Below are positions 18,412 through 24,000 of a DNA stretch of 24,000 nucleotides, one piece after another. The stretch lies in NCBI GenBank assembly GCA_963700475.1, contig CAVOXR010000014.1, positions 25,215-49,214 on the forward strand, read 5' to 3'. The position numbers and the translations under genes were made by a program. Under the pieces are notes generated by a model, which saw nothing but the letters and a program-made list of their open reading frames with translations, made no database searches and was not told the DNA's origin. The stretch is from an uncultured Actinomycetes bacterium. GTDB taxonomy: Bacteria > Actinomycetota > Actinomycetes > S36-B12 > CAIYMF01. The number at the start of each line of letters is the position of its first letter. The first letter of the stretch is position 1.

Positions 18412-21264
18412 TCAGGACAGCGTGATCCGATAGGCCCCGGTCGCGCAGCCGATGACGCGCCACCCGCCGGAGGGGTCCTGGGCCGCGCTGCCAGCCGGCA
18501 CCTCCACCGAGCGCAGGCCGGTCACCCCGACCTGGTCGACCACCGCCGGCTGCGTCGATCCGGGGACCCAGATGTCCAGGGCGCAGGAGTCCGGCGTGCC
18601 GTCGACCGGCCCAGCTCCCGCGGTGTCACCGTCGACCTGGATCCGCCGGGCGTCGGACTCGATCGCCAGGATCCGCCCCGGCGCCGTGCGCGGGTAGGCG
18701 CGCTTCAGGGGCTCGATCTGCGCGTCACGGGTGGGCAGGGGCGTCCCCTCGGGGCAGGACACCCGGCGGATGTCGCCCGCCTCGTCGGAGGGGTAGACAT
18801 GCGGGTCACCGCAGCCCTGCTTCCACACCCAGACGGCGGAACCCACCCGGAGTTCGTCCTCGGCGGCGCCGAAGCGGACGTTGAGCTCCCGGTTCTCCGT
18901 GGACTCCCCGAAGGTGCCCCATTCGCCGGACCACAGGGGGGTCCCCCAGTCCGAGGCGGCCCGGGCGGCCAGCGCGTAGCCCCGTTCGATGCTCACGGTG
19001 GTCAGCCCCAGGGACTGGTCCATCGTGATCGACTCGTTGTACAGGTGGGGGGCGAAGACGACCTGCGAGTCGGTGGTGAAGCCGTGCGGCGGGAGCGGGT
19101 CGACCCCGAATCCGGACCACCAGATGCTCGGCTCGAGGAACACCGGATGGGCGTACCCGCCCGGCGCCTTCTTCTCCCCCTCGCGGATGGCCTGGATCGC
19201 ACGGGCGTGGTAGCGGCCGAGCAGCATCCCGCTGGTCAGCGGCGCCTGCTCGGCGAAGGCCGGCTCGTTGAGCAGGTCGTAGCCGACGACCGTCGGATCC
19301 CCGCCGAACTCACTGGCCAACCGGCCCCAGACCGCGATCAGCCGCTCCTGGACCGACTCGCGGTCGGCGTAGAACGAGGTGAACGCACGCAGCACGTTCG
19401 GGGCCAGGTCGCGGCCGGTGAACTGGCAGGGCGGGGCATCGTCGTAGTACGACGCCCAGTCCGGCGCCCCGTCCCAGCCGGTCATCGGGGAGGTCGCGCC
19501 CCTGCAGACGGTGCCCTCAGGTGCGACCACACCCTTGCCCCAGGCGTCCTGGTGCATGTCCAGGACGACGTGGATCCCGTGCAGCCTCGCCCAGGCCACG
19601 GCCTGCTTGATCCGATCGACGTAGGCGGCGTCGACCCTCCCGGGCGCAGGCTCCAGCGACGACCAGGAGAGCACCAGGCGCACGGCGTTGAAGCCCATCG
19701 CCGCGATATCGGCGAAGTCCTGCTCCGCCAGGGGCTCGACTGTCGGCACGTCGGGGTTGGCCGCGTAGTAGTCCCCCAGCTGGTTGACGTTGATGCCGCG
19801 CAGGATCACCTGGGCGCCGCGCTGGTCGGACAGGACCACCGATCCATCGGTGTCGCGCCGGACGGTGAGCGGTCCGGGCGGGGCCGGCTCGTCGCGCACG
19901 GGCACCAGCTGCGCGGGCAGGTCGACCGGGGCTGGGTCGGGGCCGGCCAGCGGCGGCACGCCGGTGTAGGCGTCCGTCTGGCGCACGACGATGAACACGG
20001 ACCCGGCGACGATCGCGAGGGCGGCAAGCCCGGCGACCAGCGACCACTGCGGCCGGGGCGCCCGGGCGACCAACCAGAGCCCCAGCGCAGCGAAGGGAGC
20101 GAGAAGAAGGCCGAAGGAGAGCCCTTCGGCCAGGCGCAGGTAGGTCGCCGGGAGGATCCACAGGTCCTCCGAGCCTGCGACGTCGGTGCCGAAGAGCAGC
20201 TGGACCACGGACTCGGTCAGCGCGATGCACAGCCCGGCGACCAGCGACCCCAGGGCCCCGGCCAGCAGCCGCGAGGACGTCGGCCGCGGGACGTCGATCC
20301 GGCGCAGTGTGTGTCGCGCGCTCGACCCGAGGTAGAGCGCAACCAGCAGGATCGCGGCGATCTCCCCCGCTCGCCCCGAGGCCGCCGTCGGCGCCAGCAG
20401 CCGCCAGCCGGAGGTGTGCGCGTAGCCGACCGGCGATCCGGTCCACCAGTAGCCCGCGAGCCACCCACCGACCCACGCAAGGCCGAGGGCGATCAGGGCG
20501 GCCGGGATCATCGCGCGCGACGGGGCCTCGACCCGCGTGGCGACACCTGCCCGGCGGGCCGGCCCCGGGCTCCACAGCACCGCCGCCACCAGTGCCGGGA
20601 CCCAGCCGTAGAAACCGGCCTTGATCCCGGTGAATCCTGTTGCCCACACCAGGTAGGCGGCCGACGGACCCGGCGGGAGCCCAGCCTCGGACCCCCCGAT
20701 CAGGGCGGGCGCCATGAGCACCGCGGAGTAGAGGAGCTTGGCCACCATCATCGCGAGGATGACCAGCAGCCAGATGCGACTGAACACCCAGCGCCGCGGG
20801 GCTGCAGGGGTCGCGGCGGCGAGCAATCGCCGGCTCCACCACCACACCAGCACGACGATCAGGGGGGCGAGGACGACGTACTGCAGCCACGTCCAGGGCT
20901 GGCGAGCCATCTGCGCGCCGGTCCAGGCCACCGGGGCAGCCAGGCCTGAGGGGTCGAGGATCGCGGCCGCCACGATCACCGCGAGTGTCGTCGCCGCCGC
21001 GCCCCACGACGACCGGACATGCCGACGCCGGTAGCCCCCACCGGTCGAGGGCGACGCACCGGGCACGGCCGGCCCGGCGACCGCCGATCCTCCGATCGCT
21101 GCCGGCTGGGCGACTGAGCCCGAGCCGACGGGGGCCACGTCCGGCCGCGCTGGAGGCGGCGTCCCGTCGAGGAATGCGATGACGTCCGGGTCGAGGCCGT
21201 CGTAGGGGTCCAGGGACCCTCCGGAGGAATCGGGCATGACAGGATCATGGCCCACGACCCACAT
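18412..21264 (-). CDS. Polytopic membrane domain (~9-10 TM) fused to an extracytoplasmic GH5 glycoside hydrolase and a C-terminal beta-rich domain
   Basis: A 950-aa ORF, or 941 aa from ATG 21237. Residues ~87-428 are hydrophobic helices (e.g. WLQYVVLAPLIVVLVWWW, IWLLVILAMMVAKLLYSAVLM, GLSFGLLLAPFAALGLWLVA). Residues ~485-800 form the GH5 domain, with acid/base DLLNEP (Glu codon 19266-19264) and nucleophile WSGEWG (Glu codon 18924-18922). Confidence 0.85.
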   Translation of the reverse strand: MWVVGHDPVMPDSSGGSLDPYDGLDPDVIAFLDGTPPPARPDVAPVGSGSVAQPAAIGGSAVAGPAVPGASPSTGGGYRRRHVRSSWGAAATTLAVIVAAAILDPSGLAAPVAWTGAQMARQPWTWLQYVVLAPLIVVLVWWWSRRLLAAATPAAPRRWVFSRIWLLVILAMMVAKLLYSAVLMAPALIGGSEAGLPPGPSAAYLVWATGFTGIKAGFYGWVPALVAAVLWSPGPARRAGVATRVEAPSRAMIPAALIALGLAWVGGWLAGYWWTGSPVGYAHTSGWRLLAPTAASGRAGEIAAILLVALYLGSSARHTLRRIDVPRPTSSRLLAGALGSLVAGLCIALTESVVQLLFGTDVAGSEDLWILPATYLRLAEGLSFGLLLAPFAALGLWLVARAPRPQWSLVAGLAALAIVAGSVFIVVRQTDAYTGVPPLAGPDPAPVDLPAQLVPVRDEPAPPGPLTVRRDTDGSVVLSDQRGAQVILRGINVNQLGDYYAANPDVPTVEPLAEQDFADIAAMGFNAVRLVLSWSSLEPAPGRVDAAYVDRIKQAVAWARLHGIHVVLDMHQDAWGKGVVAPEGTVCRGATSPMTGWDGAPDWASYYDDAPPCQFTGRDLAPNVLRAFTSFYADRESVQERLIAVWGRLASEFGGDPTVVGYDLLNEPAFAEQAPLTSGMLLGRYHARAIQAIREGEKKAPGGYAHPVFLEPSIWWSGFGVDPLPPHGFTTDSQVVFAPHLYNESITMDQSLGLTTVSIERGYALAARAASDWGTPLWSGEWGTFGESTENRELNVRFGAAEDELRVGSAVWVWKQGCGDPHVYPSDEAGDIRRVSCPEGTPLPTRDAQIEPLKRAYPRTAPGRILAIESDARRIQVDGDTAGAGPVDGTPDSCALDIWVPGSTQPAVVDQVGVTGLRSVEVPAGSAAQDPSGGWRVIGCATGAYRITLS

Positions 21265-21353
21265 CGGTTACCCGCGGGTCGCAGGTCCGCGCAGATGGTC
21301 GCCACGACCTGGTCCTGTACTCGTGCCTGCCCGGGGAGCCGGCCTTCACCCCG

Positions 21354-21370
21354 CAGTGACCTCGTCACTG
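21354..21370. promoter_or_regulatory. Perfect 7-3-7 inverted repeat CAGTGAC-CTC-GTCACTG in the divergent intergenic region (candidate operator)
   Basis: Read directly from the sequence. The arms at 21354-21360 and 21364-21370 are exact reverse complements. The repeat lies about 28 nt upstream of a TANNNT-type -10 candidate (TACTCT, 21398-21403), which sits 7 nt before the GTG at 21411. Confidence 0.3.
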
Positions 21371-21410
21371 ACCTTCCGGATGCGCCGGCCGCACCACTAC
21401 TCTGTGCGAC

Positions 21411-21851
21411 GTGGTCCTCTACGCGGCGTACGGGTCGAACCTCGACCCCCGGCAGATGCTCGAGCGGGCACCCCACTCCCCGGCGTACGGCCCGGGCTGG
21501 TTGGTCGACTGGAGATTGACCTTCGGCGGTGAGGATCTCGGGTGGGACGGTGCCCTGGCCACCGTCGTCGAGGACCCCGGCCACAGCGTGTTCGTCATGC
21601 TCTACGACATCGCCCCCGAGGACGAGCCCCTGCTCGACCACTGGGAGGGCTCCGAGCTGGGGATCCACCGCAAGCTGCACGTGCGTGTGCAGACCCTCGA
21701 TGGCGACGAGATGGCCTGGCTCTACGTGGTGGACGCGTACGAGGGCGGCCTGCCCTCGGCGCGCTACCTGGGGATCATGGCCGAGGCCGCCCGGGCGGCA
21801 GGGGCACCCGACGACTACGTCGTGGACCTCATGAAGCGTCCGTGTCAGTAG
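21411..21851 (+). CDS. Gamma-glutamylcyclotransferase-like (GGCT/AIG2 family) protein
   Basis: 146 aa with a GTG start. The N-terminal VLYAAYGSNL matches the YxxYGSN(L/M) GGCT signature. A conserved acidic residue lies in ..LLDHWEGSELG.. The fold length is about 140 aa. Confidence 0.8.
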   Translation: MVLYAAYGSNLDPRQMLERAPHSPAYGPGWLVDWRLTFGGEDLGWDGALATVVEDPGHSVFVMLYDIAPEDEPLLDHWEGSELGIHRKLHVRVQTLDGDEMAWLYVVDAYEGGLPSARYLGIMAEAARAAGAPDDYVVDLMKRPCQ

Positions 21852-22581
21852 CAGTCTGGGCGGGATCCTCCGTCAGGCCCGCTGCCGCCGCGGCCAACCG
21901 GCGCTCCAAGGCCGCGACCCGGGAGCTGAGCTCGGCCACCTCCGCAGATGTAGCCGCCGCCAGGCGAGCGACGTCTGGCCGGCGCCGACACGCCCGACCG
22001 GGCTCGTTCTCGCCCACCGGTCGCCGCCCGCGGACGAACTTCAGGTACCCGAGCGCCAGCGACACAGCCAGCGCCGCGACGAGGACGAGGAACCGGGTCA
22101 CGGAGTTCCCGGATGCCAGCCCCCAGCCGACGCCGTAGAGCATGGTGAAGAGCCCCCCGAGCAGGATCCCGTTGCTGAGCACGGAACCCGAGTCGCCGAG
22201 CGCCAGAGCGAGGGCCATGAGCATCGTCGCCAGGACGATCAGGATCACGCTGGTGCTCATCCGCCACTGGCTGGACCTCTCCTCCGCGGCCCGCTGCAGT
22301 GAGGTGATCTGCACGTCGATGGCCTTCGTCCGAGCCTGCTCGGCGGCGGTCAACTGGTTCCAGGTACGGCACTCGCCCGGCGTCGGCGAGCTGCAGCCAT
22401 CGATCGCCGCACGCTCGTCGTACAGCGCCTGGACCTGGTCCTGCGTCTCCTCGCCCGGGTTCGGGTGGAACGTGTACACCCCGACTCCGACCACGGCCGT
22501 GATCATCAGCCCGAGGAACACCGCGAAGATCGCCTGGAGGACCCCGCGGCCGATGTTGGGCGCCTGCGTCGTGTCATTCAT
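21829..22581 (-). CDS. Hypothetical membrane protein (1 + 3 TM helices, extracytoplasmic Cys pair, C-terminal coiled coil)
   Basis: Track ORF 21829..22587. The ATG at 22581 lies 5 nt after GGGAGGTG. TM helices include VLQAIFAVFLGLMITAVVGVGVY, VILIVLATMLMALALAL, GILLGGLFTMLYGVGWGL and FLVLVAALAVSLALGYL. The tail AEVAELSSRVAALERRLAAAAAGL is heptad-like. I recognise no family. The 3' end overlaps the GGCT gene by 23 nt. Confidence 0.7.
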   Translation of the reverse strand: MNDTTQAPNIGRGVLQAIFAVFLGLMITAVVGVGVYTFHPNPGEETQDQVQALYDERAAIDGCSSPTPGECRTWNQLTAAEQARTKAIDVQITSLQRAAEERSSQWRMSTSVILIVLATMLMALALALGDSGSVLSNGILLGGLFTMLYGVGWGLASGNSVTRFLVLVAALAVSLALGYLKFVRGRRPVGENEPGRACRRRPDVARLAAATSAEVAELSSRVAALERRLAAAAAGLTEDPAQTATDTDAS

Positions 22582-22606
22582 GGGCACCTCCCGCGCGCAG
22601 GCTATC

Positions 22607-22641
22607 CCCGGGCAGGGCCATCAGGTGGCGGAATGCCCGGG
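22607..22641. terminator. Possible hairpin downstream of the phosphomutase gene (8-bp GC stem, 19-nt loop)
   Basis: CCCGGGCA (22607-22614) and TGCCCGGG (22634-22641) are exact reverse complements. They lie in the 87-nt gap between the pmm stop (22669) and the next minus-strand start (22581). There is no U-tract and the loop is long, so support is weak. Confidence 0.25.
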
Positions 22642-22668
22642 CTCGCCCAACGCGTCGCCCTCGGTCGG

Positions 22669-24000
22669 TTACGAGGTCAGCCGCGCCCGCACGTCGTCAG
22701 CGACGGCACCCATCCGGTCAGAGGCCACTGACCGGGCGGAGGCGACACCCTCACCGCCCACCGGCGCCCGGACCTCGAGGTACGCCTTGATCTTCGGCTC
22801 GGTCCCGCTCGGCCGGATGATCACCCGCGCCCCGTCCACGCCCCGCGCGCCGCCCAGCATGTACTTCAGCCCATCGGTCGGCGGCAGGTCGCTCGAGCCG
22901 GCCTCCAGGTCGATCGCCTCGGTGACGTCCAGGCCGCCGAACCCCGTGGGCGGCTGCGCGCGCAGGGAGGCCATCAGCGCGGGGATCGCCGACAGGTCGG
23001 TGAACCGCAACGAGACCTGGCTGGTCGCGTGCACGCCGTGCACGGTGGCGAGGTCGTCGAGGACATCCTGCACACCGCGGCCCTCGGCCTTCAGCGCCGC
23101 TGCCATCTCGGTGACCAGCAGCCCGGCCGAGATCCCGTCCTTGTCGCGGACACCCGTCGGGTCGACGCAGTAGCCCAGGGCCTCCTCGTAGCCGAACGCC
23201 AGGTCGTCGGCGGCCCGCGAGATCCACTTGAACCCGGTGAGGGTCTCGCGGAAGCCCGAGGCCGGCGTCGCGGGCGATCGCCCCGAGCAGCTGCGAGCTG
23301 ACGATCGAGTTCGCGTACGTCCCGGTCACAGGCGTCCCCGCGCGCACCCCGCGCTGCAGGATCCACCACCCGAGCAGGGCACCCACCTCGTCGCCGGTGA
23401 GCATCCGGAACCCACCGTCGGCCAGGGGGATCCCGACCGCGCAGCGATCCGCGTCGGGGTCATTGGCCAGGACCAGGTCGACGTGCGCGCCGCCGGCGAG
23501 GTCCATGGCCAGGTCCATCGCCCCGGGCTCCTCCGGGTTCGGGAACGAGACGGTCGGGAAGTCCGGGTCGGGCTCGTCCTGGGCGACGACCGCCAACGGA
23601 GCGGGGAACCCGGCGCCGGTGAGTGCCGCCCTCATCAGCGGGCTGCCGACCCCATGCATGGCCGTGTACGCCACAGAGATCTCGCGCGCACCGCCCGGCA
23701 GGGCAAGGCCGCACACGCGGGCGAGGTAGCTGTCCACGACCCCCTCGTCGAGGACGCCGTACTCATCGCTGCGCGGGATGGTGGCCAGGGCGCCGACAGC
23801 CTCGATGCACGCGGCGATCCCGGCGTCGGCCGGGGGCACGATCTGCGAGCCGTCGCCGAGGTAGACCTTGTAGCCGTTGTCCTGCGGCGGGTTGTGCGAG
23901 GCCGTGACCACGACCCCTGCGGACGCGCCGTAGGTGAGGATCGCGCCCGCGAGGACCGGCGTGGGCAGCGGGCGCGGGCAGACCAGGGCGCGGAAGCCGG
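22669..24000 (-). pseudogene. Phosphomannomutase/phosphoglucomutase (alpha-D-phosphohexomutase family), 5' end beyond the window, apparent 1-nt frameshift near 23254
   Basis: The upstream frame reads open from the window edge: ..FRALVCPRPLPTPVLAGAILTYGASAGVVVTASHNPPQDNGYKVY (phosphoserine loop) .. LANDPDADRCAV (Mg loop) .. ANSIVSSQLLGAIARDAGLG, then degenerates into Arg/Gly/Pro-rich sequence. The +1 frame resumes with FRETLTGFKWISRAADDLAFGYEEALGYCVDPTGVRDKDGISAGLLVTEMAAALKAEGRG...IIRPSGTEPKIKAYLEV, stopping at 22669. Removing one base at about 23252-23257 (a CCC run on the plus strand) gives ..ARDAGLGFRETLTGFKWI.. Confidence 0.85.

Noticed and set aside
17914-20949. A 1011-aa ORF on the plus strand
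   Set aside because: It is antisense to the lpdA-like and membrane-GH5 genes. It shows the same Arg/Gly/Pro-rich shadow-ORF composition, and its codon third-position pattern fits the minus-strand genes instead.

Overview
This window is a very GC-rich chromosomal segment, over 70% G+C by eye, with strong G/C bias at third codon positions. That is typical of Actinomycetota. It is almost entirely coding. I support about 20 protein genes and found no rRNA, tRNA, CRISPR array, transposase, integrase or long repeat.

Left third (1-8233): a biotin-dependent acyl-CoA carboxylase neighbourhood. It holds a partial Cya-like gene, then birA, divergent from pccB/accD5 and the epsilon subunit accE, a large glycosyltransferase fusion, maf, and accA (biotin carboxylase plus BCCP). 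From memory this matches M. tuberculosis Rv3279c-Rv3285 and S. coelicolor SCO4921-4928. The accA gene is broken by an apparent 1-nt insertion near 7747.

Middle (8262-18371, all minus strand, very short gaps): lpdA-like flavoprotein, tyrosine phosphatase, glgX, hypF, hypC, hypD, hypE and a class II (Ntn) glutamine amidotransferase.

Right (18412-24000): a polytopic-membrane plus GH5 glycoside hydrolase fusion, a divergent gamma-glutamylcyclotransferase-like gene, a 4-TM/coiled-coil hypothetical, and a phosphomannomutase/phosphoglucomutase that runs off the right edge and also carries an apparent 1-nt frameshift near 23254.

The most interesting item is the intact, translationally coupled hypFCDE cassette. 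It has no hydrogenase structural genes, no hypA/hypB and no maturation protease within reach. It sits behind glgX and is followed by an amidotransferase. Other items worth a second look are the two frameshifted housekeeping genes, the two unusual fusion proteins and a perfect 17-bp palindrome in a divergent promoter region. Several ORFs of over 1000 aa in the track are antisense artefacts of the high GC content.
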